Shown: positions 12,401-21,386 of the stretch, in pieces
Layout: each line of letters begins with the position of its first letter
Numbering within the stretch: position 1 is the first letter of the stretch
NCBI GenBank assembly: GCA_008369845.1
Contig: MRSU01010846.1
Span: 1-34,717, forward strand
Direction of reading: 5' to 3'
Source: Trichomonas gallinae
Taxonomy: Eukaryota
DNA: 34,717 nucleotides
Notes under the pieces: generated by a model
What the model saw: the letters and a program-made list of their open reading frames with translations, nothing else
What the model was told of the DNA's origin: nothing
Databases searched by the model: none
Translations under genes and position numbers: made by a program

Positions 12401-15400
12401 GTGATTCGTTGCTGATTTCTGGTGTTTTGACATACATTGGCGTTTTCTCGCCAAAGTTTAGAATCGACATCATCACCCAATGGAAAGGTTTCCTCGACGA
12501 AGAGAAAATCGCCTACACATCCGACTTCTCTATCCAGGCTGCTCTCGGAAATGATGGTATTATAAGAGATTGGATTGTTAAAGGTTTGCCAAATGATACG
12601 AACTCAATTGAAAACGCTTTGATCATCACAAAGAATCTTTCATTCCCTCTTTTGATTGATCCACAGTTGAGTGGAACCAAATGGCTCAGAGCTGTTGAAG
12701 GAGAGAAGATGAATATTCTACAGTTCGATCAAGCTGATTTCTTGCAGCGCTTGAAGAGCTGCGTCAGTTTCGGTTTACCAGTACTTATCGAAAACGTTGG
12801 CCTGAAACTTGATCCGCTTCTCGACCCGATTTTGTCAAGAGAAATTCACACAGTCGATGGCATTAAACGTGTTTCATTGGGTGGTGAATCAATCACTTAT
12901 TCGGATTCATTCAGACTTTACATTTCCACAAAGTATCCAAATCCACATTATTCGCCTGAAGTTTGCTCGCAAGTTTCTTTGATCAACTTCACAACAACTC
13001 AGTTTGGCCTCACAGATTTGCTTCTTAATAACTTGATTGAGGTCGAGAGAGCTGATCTGGATGAAAAGCGTATTGAGATCATGGAAGCAAGTGCTGCAAA
13101 CACGAAGAAACTCAAGGAAATCGAAAACGAAATTTTGCACATCGTTTCAAATGCAGGCAGTGATATTCTAGATGATGATAATGCAATCAAAACGCTCCAG
13201 AGAGCTCAAGCAACATCCAAAGACATTGCAACACAAATGGAAGCTTCTCTTGAAACAGAAAAACTCATCAACGAATTCAAAGAAACTTTCTCGCCTGTTG
13301 CTGAACGAGCTGCTCTTCTTTACTTCTGTATTTCTGACTTCTCAGTCATTGATCCGATGTATCAGTTCTCTCTTAGGTGGTTCGTTGAACTCTTCAGGCA
13401 GGCCATCATTGATTCTCCACATCCAGAAGACAAAGACGAGAAAATCAAAATGTTCCACAACACAATTGCTACTTTCTTCTATGAAAGTGTTTCATATTCT
13501 TTGTTCTCACGCCACAAATTGCTGTTTTCAACACTCATGGCCATTCGAATCGGCTTCGCAACTAAGACAATCAGCGGAGGCGAACTCGCTTTCATGTTGT
13601 CTCCTACAGCATCAACTGAACCAAATCCAACAAACTTTTTGCCTGATGATGTCTGGAGTTTGGCAGCAAATCTCAACAAAGCATCTCCTGTTTTCGCAAA
13701 CTTGGTCCAGTCAATTGCAAATCACACCCAAGAATGGGCAAACTACATGGATTCTCCAACACCAGAAACAGAAAAAATCCCTTATGAAGAAGAATTGTCA
13801 CCGTTTGAGCAATTGCTAGTTTTGAGAGTCTTCCATCTCCAGCGTGTTCGCGAAGGCTTGCATTTATTCATTGAGAACTCAATGGGCAAAGAATTCGTCA
13901 CACCGCCAACACTTAAACTCCAAAATGTCTTCAAGAATTCCAATCCACTTTCTCCACTTATCTTCATCATCATGCCAGGTATTGATCCACAGGATGAAAT
14001 CATCAATGTCGCCAGATCAATGGAAGCAGACAAGTACTTCAAATCCTATTCACTCGGTAGAGGAAGAGGCCAGGGAGCAGAAGAACTCATCGCTGAGGCC
14101 TCAGCAAGTGGTTACTGGGTATTGCTGCAAAACTGCCACTTGAGTCTTTCATGGATGCCAAGACTCGAAAACATTCTTAATGATTTGGATCCTAAAACAA
14201 TCAACCCGAGATTCAGGATTTGCTTGGTTACAATGTCATCGCCTTCTTTCCCAATCGGTATATTGTACCAAGGCACAAAATTAATCTATGAAATTCCAAA
14301 GGGAATGAGAGAAAACGTCATGAGAATTTACAACGGATTCAGTCCAGAAGAATATGACGCCAATGATAATATCATAGAGAAGAAGCTCGGCTTCCATTTG
14401 GCCTTCTTCCACGCAGTTGTTTTGGAGAGACTGCAGTTCGGATCAATAGGCTGGAACATTCCATACGAGTTCAATCCAAGTGACTACAACATTTCTCTGA
14501 AGCATTTGAAGATCTTCCTCGGAGAATCAACAGACGGAGAAGTTCCATTCGAAGCTCTTTCATATGTCATCGGTGAACTAAACTACGGCGGAAGAGTAAC
14601 AGACAGATGGGATAGAAGACTTCTTCTTAGTCTTTTAGGCAGATATTTCAGTCCAGAAGTCAACAGGCCGAACTTTTCATTCGGCGAGCGCTACAAGCCT
14701 CCACACTACAGAGGCTCTCTCGCAGAGCTCCTCCAGATTGTCGCAGAGTGGCCAGTCGTCACTGCTGGTGTCGACGTCGGTCTTTCTAAGAACGCGAGCA
14801 CGATTATTGCGAGAAATGAAGCTCTGTCAATTTTCGCATCGTTAATCGAAGTCCAGCCAACTCTTGTTGCCGCAACTGACTCAATATCTGAAGAACAGTT
14901 CGCAATTAATCTAGTTGAGAGCCTTATACAAGAAGTTCCTAAGCAATTCAACGTTTTCCAGTTCAAGAAGAAATTCCCACCGGAAGAGATGATGACAACA
15001 GTTTTACTGCACGAAATTGTTTTGTACAACCAACTGATAGAAGTCATCAGCGAATCACTGCACGCAATGAGGAATGGTCTCAAGGGTCTCATTATGATAG
15101 ATGAAAGACTGGAGAACCTCAACAAGAGATTGTTGGCCAACAAAGTCCCAGAAGACTGGCTCGAGAAATCATTCCCATCAATTCTCAGTTTGAGAGCATA
15201 CATGGCTGACCTGAAGCAAAGAGTCGCTTTCCTCGATAACTGGGTGAGAATGGGAGCTCCTGTTGTTTACAGACTTGGAGCATTCTTCCATCCAGAAGAG
15301 TTCCTCACAGCCATTTTGCAGTTATACGCGAGAAGCAAGAATGTCCCATTCGACACATTAAGGTGGAACACGACACCTCTTGATGAGATGACTCCAGATA

Positions 15401-15732
15401 AAATCACAACTGAGCCTGAAGAAGGAATCTACATCGAGGGACTCCCACTTGAAGGTGCACGCTGGGATGAAGAGAAGAAATGCTTATCTGAATGTGGACA
15501 GAGACAATTAATTTCATCTTTGCCTGTTATGCATCTTATTCCAACAGATCAGAAAGATTTGTATGATCCTAACATTACTTATGAGTGCCCTGTATTCAGA
15601 ACACAGAACAGAGGTACGGGTGCCCTAGATTTGCCAAATTATATTGTATCTATTTACTTGCCAACGCCACAGATATCACCAGATCACTGGATTCAAAGAT
15701 CTGTGGCTGCATTCATTACTACACAACAATAA
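3472..15732 (+). CDS. Axonemal dynein heavy chain, probably single-headed inner-arm (DNAH1-like)
   Basis: 4086 aa. Has FPRFFFLSNDEL, RLVITPLTDRCY, AAA1 Walker A GPAGTGKTET, Walker B CFDEFNRI, ITMNPGYAGRTELPDNLK, HYDWGLRA, WIETMNSLLDDNKVLCL, stalk coiled coils, LQNCHL, NYGGRVTD and C-terminal YECPVFRT...HWIQRSVA. The N-terminal LPLEMFDD...W..C.V..Y segment resembles DNAH1-type tails (from recall, not searched). Confidence 0.97.
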   Translation: MDERFVKRKTQLLQFEQNVMKEKSLIKKLGQKLPEDSKRTPKIGEWSLSHSDSLETMSVKSAEVPFPRSPSKNNIIEPNITKSTISNPKTSRSKSSIAPPFIPHQPRLTDPPQGEVANTVFPPGTITTNLNDILKSKYKQPIKPLPPLQTEISQEEPQFLPLEMFDDTTYEEFPISVLMQDPIAYSKYQQLDGTFYWAKCTVLDYEEKSGLFLIEWDGTGRRKKVARFNIRFRKENVQKFQDRIAHAKEMCVRAETQLRFDSRVANMSTDNIPTLSPENIQSFHDQIDMKLGPKDQQLLQALDEEVTNEFKFIINKMEFVSDLQTNTAIPNRDDFLLIQPKSAPIPKNGLVDHAPFDFQAVFEAIKSRHLYAQKSVLRGIQTIWKIFQDSVSLNFLDDHYDSIVSLDDFMKMQRNCLNNTASNFKKQIQDTLEGVIGNTMPNQLAAMKKDREIFNNMVTLTTHMLHTVLLTIVTKNIDRYNSLFQRYSEKTVERIPAQFSATLLTVDKHLTFKPSVQEFRESFIKILDEFEETVNDLPVIKSALIEVNSSAVNFDDCSSQIRDEKESLTKMLNIILEQMDSFIKERAFLEGVLSLDPIEYTKNFDPNGTRTLQEYRSQLTEFNKVLGIIQNTMKEEYQLGAFFVSCEDFKREKTAQIKELIFQFLTRIKTLALQGISDLKTEFDTIEVTLKKVPNTPEELAAMKKYLEHVYNTGKQRTNMMNIANERFAFLEEFHFETTNEEVNFHYNIRQMPQKIMTEMESTERTLSVERIRMVRELRANQQTLESDVNSLTDFLAAFAAKYTDLDMTIEAVDQINEIGAKLKKIKEQNDTYSTHEKLFDFEVGMCKPLQKLIEDFTPLSILWNLASEWNQTYTTWMDTPFPQIRADAMNQFMSQATKKITKLKKDLASQHLLITKVLQPLSEQIEAFKTHVPIITRLRHQGIKTKHWEIISEVVGFKVQPSMELTLQNFLDLDLERWNDKITEIASVAAQEYSLELSLDQMDAELQQRKLVTGEFRDTGTFILHEIDDITSVIDDQLITTQTLLTSPFIAPVKKRATDRLGFLKLCSETLEAWIVCQRSWLYLQPIFTGTSIQQKLLTEARDWGTADKSWKEIMEMTHEHSEFNTVMHREVLLPTLQKCNELLDNITKGLNEYLETKRLGFPRFFFLSNDELISILSHTKDFDKIQDSMQKLFEYVNSITVTENNEITHMNDSTGESVKLSNIVDGNTPEIEDWLNHFEEEMKITLKDYVADSIPAYGKKKREYWLTEFPAQVVLMTNQIMWTQQVTNVLAGQKLRGLKVLMQKFIEQLESLTALVRQPISRQTRQVVSCLLIFEVHNRDIIAQLIQDEVADVESFEWQKQLRYYWDEETIMVKSINNTYEYSYEYAGNSARLVITPLTDRCYQTLLSAFKQNLSGAPSGPAGTGKTETVRDCAKALGRACVVYNCSEEVTPEQMSQFFAGLSSSGSWSCFDEFNRINIEVLSVIAQQVRTIQNAISENADYFQLDQRRLKLNANAAICITMNPGYAGRTELPDNLKAVFRPCAMMVPDFVFISEILLFSGGFRDASVLSVKLVALFDLCRKQLSNAHHYDWGLRAMKAILSTAGKAKRNDLNADEATLLVQVIRDCTAPKLVSSDIPLFAGIIHDVFPSVVSQKAKNAQLINNLKDAFIELKLQPSQIYIDKCIELYETTLVRHGIMLVGGSMGGKSASYKALAIAMSKEMEGSENKPVKYERMNPKAISIAELYGSFNPITSEWADGVLSKAIRQASFSDQSELKWVIVDGPVDSLWIETMNSLLDDNKVLCLPNNERIQLGPHVKMVFEVDNLDEASPATVSRCGMIYYDPSVLPWTALTDTWCEKYAEALDPDLITLLKTLFENYLPKLIQFVEVDAKTAFDVNSNYCVNNMLKLLDCYMDLKREEVQTQGEGDEIIRSDPLNQEILFSLFVSPENIQFFSKDMLKSVLERAFIFCAVWAFGGIISQESRPIFDNFFRDLCVNNSCTCNIPAKDTVFDYYADFGRMEWTPWIDGNTNITLTQHLPIEKQFYPTNQSAAPLFLSRLLLSNHYSVLLQGHESSKTLIGKTLFGSVFDSGKFPSYVLPLAPSTQPSNISKFMLQFMHKKLGTFGPLPGQHFLFLIDNLGSVKPEIYGAQPALELLRQFFDHGGWFNTSPVEFLNIIGTSILGTTGIAGGGMYGLPHRLTRHFFTLHVPKYEIPTVQKITEELLNWNLKEASVTIKNMIPAAAQGIINLYEQCQNRLLPIPSKLHYIFNLRNIVHIIRGICLVNTQNLSSEGEFRRLWKHEITREFTDRFNSINDRKWFDGEVQKVLAEVFHTQYQPPGELLLFNTFADNSSRYKEVVKNSEDLVKSCTLTLDEHNRDASKPIDIVLFQEAVVHLSALSRIFATVGGHALLVGVKASGRKSLARLAMYMSNIEPFEIAITRTYSVAEWHEDLKNLLKQCGTEDIPTGFIISDVQIIMPQQLEDISNLMISGEVPQLYERDEVEAIKAELAGKDMGLSTHVSDYWDLFVERIRKNLHVIMAFSPYGLVFKDSMISYPAIRNESTIDWYMPWSQNALESVARASLTKRGIVSQDNIKSIISVLVKMHKSVEGIADKFLKETKRFTAVTPSRYFELLATFSSNLATKGEETGTLINNYEGGVEKIKTTREQIEQMSRELDQNIPVLQKTRAECEQMLEELKVKSQEVEHTRKEVQGQREIAEQEAEEANKANNVAQEQFKRAQPLLQEAQDAVLRLDKDSLSNIKKLHAPSSGMIDTFEAVCIMFGRRPRIVNGPTPGSKEEDYWPEVISLLNDIGFIKNVQNFRIEDLKKETINKLKKYVPTEPDQRAEKKAIASGSFAAFGALYDWVCASFDYWFVFQQILPLRNAADEAAKKLEQSKQMLARAQEHLAQVEATLQSLSDSVKVQKEKEKELSQSVANTQARLERAEKMMSGLSGETARWEETAKKLHGTAQFILGDSLLISGVLTYIGVFSPKFRIDIITQWKGFLDEEKIAYTSDFSIQAALGNDGIIRDWIVKGLPNDTNSIENALIITKNLSFPLLIDPQLSGTKWLRAVEGEKMNILQFDQADFLQRLKSCVSFGLPVLIENVGLKLDPLLDPILSREIHTVDGIKRVSLGGESITYSDSFRLYISTKYPNPHYSPEVCSQVSLINFTTTQFGLTDLLLNNLIEVERADLDEKRIEIMEASAANTKKLKEIENEILHIVSNAGSDILDDDNAIKTLQRAQATSKDIATQMEASLETEKLINEFKETFSPVAERAALLYFCISDFSVIDPMYQFSLRWFVELFRQAIIDSPHPEDKDEKIKMFHNTIATFFYESVSYSLFSRHKLLFSTLMAIRIGFATKTISGGELAFMLSPTASTEPNPTNFLPDDVWSLAANLNKASPVFANLVQSIANHTQEWANYMDSPTPETEKIPYEEELSPFEQLLVLRVFHLQRVREGLHLFIENSMGKEFVTPPTLKLQNVFKNSNPLSPLIFIIMPGIDPQDEIINVARSMEADKYFKSYSLGRGRGQGAEELIAEASASGYWVLLQNCHLSLSWMPRLENILNDLDPKTINPRFRICLVTMSSPSFPIGILYQGTKLIYEIPKGMRENVMRIYNGFSPEEYDANDNIIEKKLGFHLAFFHAVVLERLQFGSIGWNIPYEFNPSDYNISLKHLKIFLGESTDGEVPFEALSYVIGELNYGGRVTDRWDRRLLLSLLGRYFSPEVNRPNFSFGERYKPPHYRGSLAELLQIVAEWPVVTAGVDVGLSKNASTIIARNEALSIFASLIEVQPTLVAATDSISEEQFAINLVESLIQEVPKQFNVFQFKKKFPPEEMMTTVLLHEIVLYNQLIEVISESLHAMRNGLKGLIMIDERLENLNKRLLANKVPEDWLEKSFPSILSLRAYMADLKQRVAFLDNWVRMGAPVVYRLGAFFHPEEFLTAILQLYARSKNVPFDTLRWNTTPLDEMTPDKITTEPEEGIYIEGLPLEGARWDEEKKCLSECGQRQLISSLPVMHLIPTDQKDLYDPNITYECPVFRTQNRGTGALDLPNYIVSIYLPTPQISPDHWIQRSVAAFITTQQ

Positions 15733-16198
15733 CATGTATATTTTTGTATGATTAAAAAATATTTGTTTATTTTAACCCAACGCTTATATATAATATCAGA
15801 TCTAAACAAAGAAAAACTAATAGAAATGGTTATAAACATAGCCAAATTTAATTTTCTATATTTTTCAAACAAAATATGATATTTAATAGAAGATACTTAA
15901 TATTTAAAAATCTAAGAGGAATATAAATATAATATATAAATACCAGGTTCGTATATGCATAAAATTTAATTTGAATAATTTAAATTTAAGTAATCAGCTA
16001 ATTATTTTCATGTTATTATGAGTTTCATGAGCTATATATCTAGGAAATTATGTTCATTTGGTTAGGCAAGTAACAAGGAATGTAAAAATAATTTGTAGAA
16101 TTTTCATTTTATAGTTTGACGTCTTTCGCTTAAGTAGATAAGGAAAAAAATGGAGGATAATTTTTGTTTTCGGAAATAACAATATTTTGAATCGAATA

Positions 16199-17518
16199 TT
16201 ATGGGTGTGAAAAATGCTAAAATTGCAAGAATATTACTTTAAACATGTATATATTTGTTTTCCAAGAGCAAAAATTAATTTTGAAAGTCCTGATTGATTT
16301 GACAGAAATTATCGGATTACGATTATTTTCAATTCAAAATCATAAACTTCAGAAATAAAAATAATCATATATTATATAATTATACATTTCCAACATTTTA
16401 CTAACTCTTTCACACCCGTAAAACTTTTGAAAATTATTTAAAAAATGATCGGAGCACGATTATTTGATGGTTAAAACTAATACAATATAATAAAAGATAT
16501 AAAATAAATAATTAAACCTTTTTATCTTTTGCGCGCTTGTAAACTTGGGAGAAGTGTTATTATATAATAATAGACATAAAATAAATAATCAAAGATTTTT
16601 TATCAGATGCACACCTGTATAATGTTTTTTACTGCTGATGATATAATATAAGCAACTGAGGTTCATGTAAATAGATCAGGAAAGCGCTGCTTAGCAATGG
16701 AATATGGATAATAATGATTTGAAATTAATTTTCGTCCGTAGAATTAAAATAAAAAAATTTCATGTATACGATTATTTTTAGTTCAAATGTCAAAACGATT
16801 TAAAGAATAAAATCATTTTATACACTATAATAATAATTGTAATTTATTTTTCGTGAATTTTACGCCCGTAAAACGTAAAAGTGACAGGAGTAGAAATTAT
16901 TGAGAAGAAAATATGAGAATAGAAATTTTACAGGCTTGCAAATCAATTTTCATTTTTTAAAAAATAGTGCGTTGATTTCTTTAATAGAATAAGTATGAAT
17001 TATTTGTTTGATATCACTTTTGAGTATTGATTTTAAAAGTGACAAGTAAAACATTAACATTAGATATTGTTAATATATTCTAAAATTTCTACTTTTGAAA
17101 AATGAAACTATTTTGAAAGAGACTTTCAATTTTGTGTTTATTAAAAAAAATTTGATGTAATATAACTGTAATACAACAATGATCATTATTTTTCGATGTC
17201 ATATCTTAGTTTTTTTTTCAATTGTTGTCACTTTTAACACAAAACGACGGTTACGCCCGTAACACGCTTGAAAAATTCAAACATATATGATTAAGTGTTT
17301 GTAATTACTCATTGTGCACGTTTTTTTTCGAAATTTTGAGAAGTTCTTTCACGCGCCAAATTTTTGGTTTCTCATGCTCATTGTGTATAGATAAATATAT
17401 ATTTGAAAAATTTACAAAATTACGGAACTGTTTAATTTTGTTTATGCGAAAAAATTGAGCCCAAATGCACAGATCATCTAAAATAGTGTTTAAGTTGATA
17501 AAAAATAAGCCCGTAAAA
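16199..17518. promoter_or_regulatory. Array of degenerate repeats with recurrent (C/G)CCCGTAA-like and ACGATTATTT motifs upstream of the Myb gene
   Basis: CACACCCGTAAAAC 16411, TACGCCCGTAAAAC 16861, TTACGCCCGTAAC 17251, GCCCGTAAAA 17509, with variants at 16531, 16609, 16733 and on the reverse strand at ~16199 and ~16926. ACGATTATTT at 16319, 16457 and 16768. The regulatory role is inferred. Confidence 0.5.
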
Positions 17519-17561
17519 TTCATTTCAATAATTCTTACTTCTTTTTCAATTTTAAGTTGCA

Positions 17562-18113
17562 ATGGATCGAAAGTTGCCCAACGGTACTAAACCAGTCCGA
17601 AAACAAGGTGAGATGCGCTCCAAATTCTCCAAAGCGGAAGATGCTAAGCTCCTACACTTAGTAAATGAAAGCGGGAAGAATCCAAATTGGCGCTCAATCA
17701 GCTACGCCATGGAAACAAGAACTCCAAGGCAATGCCGTGAACGCTACCAAAATTACCTGAGACCTTCCATCGAAAAAAGCGTTTGGACACCTCAGGAAGA
17801 TGAAATTTTATTAAAACAATACGAAATTTATGGAAACAAATGGAATTGCATTGCCAAAAATATGAAGGGAAGGACAGGAAATACCATCAGAAACAGGTTC
17901 TTGTCACTCTACCGAAAACAGCATAAAAATGACAAAGCAGAACCTGTCAAGCAAGAAAACGAAATCCCAATTCATCCAATTGATATTACAGTACCACAGC
18001 ATCCTTCAGATATACCAACCTTTTTGGTAGATGTGCAGACCCCAAAGGTCCGTCGATTCCTTCTTCCTCCACCAGCTGCAATCCATGTTCAAAACACAAC
18101 CCAAACATTGTAA
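17562..18113 (+). CDS. R2R3 Myb-like DNA-binding protein
   Basis: Two Myb repeats: KFSKAEDAKLLHLV...NWRSIS...RTPRQCRERYQNYL and WTPQEDEILL...YGNKWNCIAK...GRTGNTIRNRF. Confidence 0.95.
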   Translation: MDRKLPNGTKPVRKQGEMRSKFSKAEDAKLLHLVNESGKNPNWRSISYAMETRTPRQCRERYQNYLRPSIEKSVWTPQEDEILLKQYEIYGNKWNCIAKNMKGRTGNTIRNRFLSLYRKQHKNDKAEPVKQENEIPIHPIDITVPQHPSDIPTFLVDVQTPKVRRFLLPPPAAIHVQNTTQTL

Positions 18114-19069
18114 TAATTATATTGTTCTGTTTTAAATCATTCATCGTCGTTTATTTTCATTGCTATCATTTTTCTATGAAATTCGTTAATATAGGAAATT
18201 GATATTTATTCTATGGTATATTATTCCTTTCATGCTATACTAATTAATTCATATATTTCCCATGACATACTCGCATTATTCAACGATATTAGATGTCAGT
18301 ACATAAAACATTACTATATTTGTCAATATATCTACTTTATTCACATAAAATTGATTCAATGTATTCAGGATTTTATATGAAGCATGAAACACTGCCTTTA
18401 ATTTTAATATAGTGAAATTTTAACTTAAACAGCACATTGCACAACTACAATAAATATTTATTTCAGTAACATATAAGGGATGGAAATCTATATATTCATG
18501 ATAACTATAACAAATTATTTATTATTTGAAAATTCATCAAGATTTACTTAATAGCTATCTTAATCATACAAGATACATTATCTATCTAAGTCATATTTAA
18601 TTACAAAGCGAAGCCTTTAAATAGTCATATTTAATAATAGTTTTGAAAAACCTGATTCTATTATCATATAAATATAATAATTGCTTTTCAAATTTCCATT
18701 AGTACCTCATTAATATAATAATCAAAGCTGAAAAATAATAATTATATAAAATATTTTCTATAGTTCGTTAAATCATAATTGCATTGATAAATTCAATATG
18801 TTTGCGAGTGTGAGATAAATAGTGTTAGCCAACACCAAAAAAAAAAAAAGAATTCCTAAAGTCGATGTTACATAATAACTATATAGCAAGCTCCCTCATA
18901 TTATATAAATGATCCATCTTGCTATATAGTTGTTACTAAGCTTCATTCATTGGTATTTCGTCTATAAGATAAACAAGTTCTATGCAACAACAAAAATAAT
19001 TATGATTTTGACAATTTACATGTCAAAAACCCCTTAATAAAATTTCATTACCCTTAAATTTATCAGTCC

Positions 19070-19720
19070 ATGAAGCTCAAACAATTACAGAGTCTTCTTG
19101 AAGGATTTGAGCCACCACCAGAGCCAAAAATCGAATTAGAGCAATATGCTACACCAGACAGACTAGCTGCCGAAGTTATTTTCGATGCTGCAACAATGAG
19201 AGGCGATATTGAAGGTAAAATTGTTGCGGATTTAGGATGTGGATGCGGTATTTTGTCCATTGCATGCCTCGTTATGGGGGCTAAAGAGGTTCACTCATTT
19301 GATCTTGATCCTGTATCAATCGAAGCTGCCAAGAGGAACTTAGATCTTCTCGAATTCGATGAACCTCCGCCAATCTTCTTCCATGAATGTGATGTAACTC
19401 AGCTTACTGATGAACAAAAATTTGATACTGTAGTAATGAATCCTCCATTTGGTACTAGGAACAAAGGCATCGACATGACATTCTTACAAATTGCTTCTAA
19501 GATCTCTACTGGTGCAATTTATTCATTCCACAAATCTTCAACAAGAAACCATATCTTAAACATTGCCGCTCCAAAGTTTGGCCTTCGTGGAGAACTTGAA
19601 ATCGAAACCAACTTTGATCTTAAGAAACTCTATAAATTCCATAAGAAAGATATCAAAGCAATCGAAGTTGATATATATCGATTTGAGCATGTTCCAGTTC
19701 CACAACAGGCACCAAAGTAA
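19070..19720 (+). CDS. METTL5: rRNA N6-adenosine methyltransferase METTL5 homolog
   Basis: N-terminal F..PKIELEQY.T, SAM-binding motif I VADLGCGCG, catalytic DTVVMNPPFGT, DMTFL, YSFHKSSTR and C-terminal YKFHKK....IEVD, the motif set of METTL5. Confidence 0.92.
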   Translation: MKLKQLQSLLEGFEPPPEPKIELEQYATPDRLAAEVIFDAATMRGDIEGKIVADLGCGCGILSIACLVMGAKEVHSFDLDPVSIEAAKRNLDLLEFDEPPPIFFHECDVTQLTDEQKFDTVVMNPPFGTRNKGIDMTFLQIASKISTGAIYSFHKSSTRNHILNIAAPKFGLRGELEIETNFDLKKLYKFHKKDIKAIEVDIYRFEHVPVPQQAPK

Positions 19721-19934
19721 ATTTGTTTATCACATCAATATAGAAATATCATAACAAAATATAAAGGACATAATGTTAGTTTAATGCAATATTTATGATG
19801 ATATTAGAATAAAATTTTCAAACTATTGGATATTAGCTCTATAAATGAATTTTTAGTGAGAAAAATTTAATTTGACAATATTAACTTTACATCCAAAAAA
19901 TATGACAATGAGTCAAAGGTGACAAAATATCAAA

Positions 19935-20504
19935 ATGTCAAAAAACGAAACAAAAATCATCTTTGTTGGCTGTCTCAGGCCAAAAACTACTGAAGAAGAG
20001 CTAGTTAAGGCATTCAGCACAGTAGGAAAAGTCGAAGATTGCATGGTCCTCAGAGATAAATCCGGTAAATCTAAACAATGCGCTTTTATTTCATACGAGA
20101 CACCAGAAATGGCTAAAAAAGCAGTCGAAGTATATGATGAAACAAAACAATGTAATACTATCGTTCATGTTGAACTTAGAGCATTTAAAGAAAGAAGAGC
20201 AGGACAAATTTATAACCCATCTGGCTTTAATCCTAGTGTAGTCGATCTTAAATCATCGGAATCAGACTCAGATGATAAAGAAAAAAATAAAACAAAAAGA
20301 CGTCATCATCATAGACATCATAGAAGACACCGTAGACATTCTTCTTCATCGTCCAGTTCGCCATCCTACTCTTCATCATCTTCTTCTTCAGATGATGATC
20401 ATAAAAGACGTCGCCATCATCGCCGCCACCGCCATCATAGATCACGTCCAAAATCATACTCCGAGTCTAGTTATAGTGATTCACCAAATGACAAATCAAA
20501 ATAA
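19935..20504 (+). CDS. RRM RNA-binding protein with Arg/His- and Ser-rich low-complexity tail
   Basis: RNP2-like IIFVGCL and RNP1-like KQCAFISY in the context RDKSGKSK. The tail has two RRHH-rich blocks separated by poly-Ser. Confidence 0.88.
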   Translation: MSKNETKIIFVGCLRPKTTEEELVKAFSTVGKVEDCMVLRDKSGKSKQCAFISYETPEMAKKAVEVYDETKQCNTIVHVELRAFKERRAGQIYNPSGFNPSVVDLKSSESDSDDKEKNKTKRRHHHRHHRRHRRHSSSSSSSPSYSSSSSSSDDDHKRRRHHRRHRHHRSRPKSYSESSYSDSPNDKSK

Positions 20505-21386
20505 TTTACTTGAAAACCGGTCTTTATGATAATATATAAAGATAGATGTCTGTTAAATCGCATCTATTATATTATAATAATACCTCGCTTTGTTATATGT
20601 TTAAAATAATTTTCATTCATTATGAATTTGTTAATTACTTAAAAGATATTGATTTCATCCTTTAATATATGCGATATTTTGAAGTATTGCAAAACCTTTT
20701 GTTCAAATTAAAGGAATTTAAATTTCAAACACATTTTTAATCGAAAATATATATAATATATCATAAAAATACTATATTTTAGTTACAAATCGTTATGTTA
20801 TTTACTGGAACAAACATCAAGTAAATAACACATGTTTATATGTTCGAATTTTTTATTATTTCTCAGAGAGCGAATTGATTTATAATTAATAAGCACACGA
20901 AATGTGAGTTAAAATCCAACTATTTATCCAATCGATTCTTCTTTGCAATTGATAATATTAAATTTCCGGTTGAAAGCGCTAAATTACTCTTTAGAACTAG
21001 AATTGCACAATATAATTCCAAAGTGAAATATGATTTTGAACTGCAATTCAGTCGATTATTCGAGTCATGATATGCAATTTGATTTTATTTCAAAAAGAGC
21101 AAATTGATGAATCATTATTAAGCAGGCGAAATAATGTTACAATTTCGGAAGATATTCTGGAAATTTTCCAGCATATTTTCCATGACTCGATTTTAACTTC
21201 CAATGCTGCATCCTTAAGAGAAAAACCAGCCGTAGTTTCATTAAAAGACTGATCCATGATGATTGGATTTCGAATCCCGCACTTTTCTAGATAAGTTAAC
21301 AAAATTTACATGTCAGATTTCATGAAAAGGTGAGAAATTTTTGTCACTTTTCACAATAAAAAATAAAAAGTGCGAAGTTTGATAAA

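Noticed and set aside
4083..15203. Many 60-215 aa ORFs overlapping the dynein gene on both strands
   Set aside because: Expected shadow ORFs from codon bias in a 12-kb CDS; no motifs.
16399..16420. TACTAAC branch-point-like sequence
   Set aside because: Not followed by an AG acceptor at the fixed trichomonad spacing, and it is intergenic.
17305..17562. 85-aa - strand ORF abutting the Myb start
   Set aside because: Non-ATG start in AT-rich promoter sequence with F/I/K/N-biased translation.
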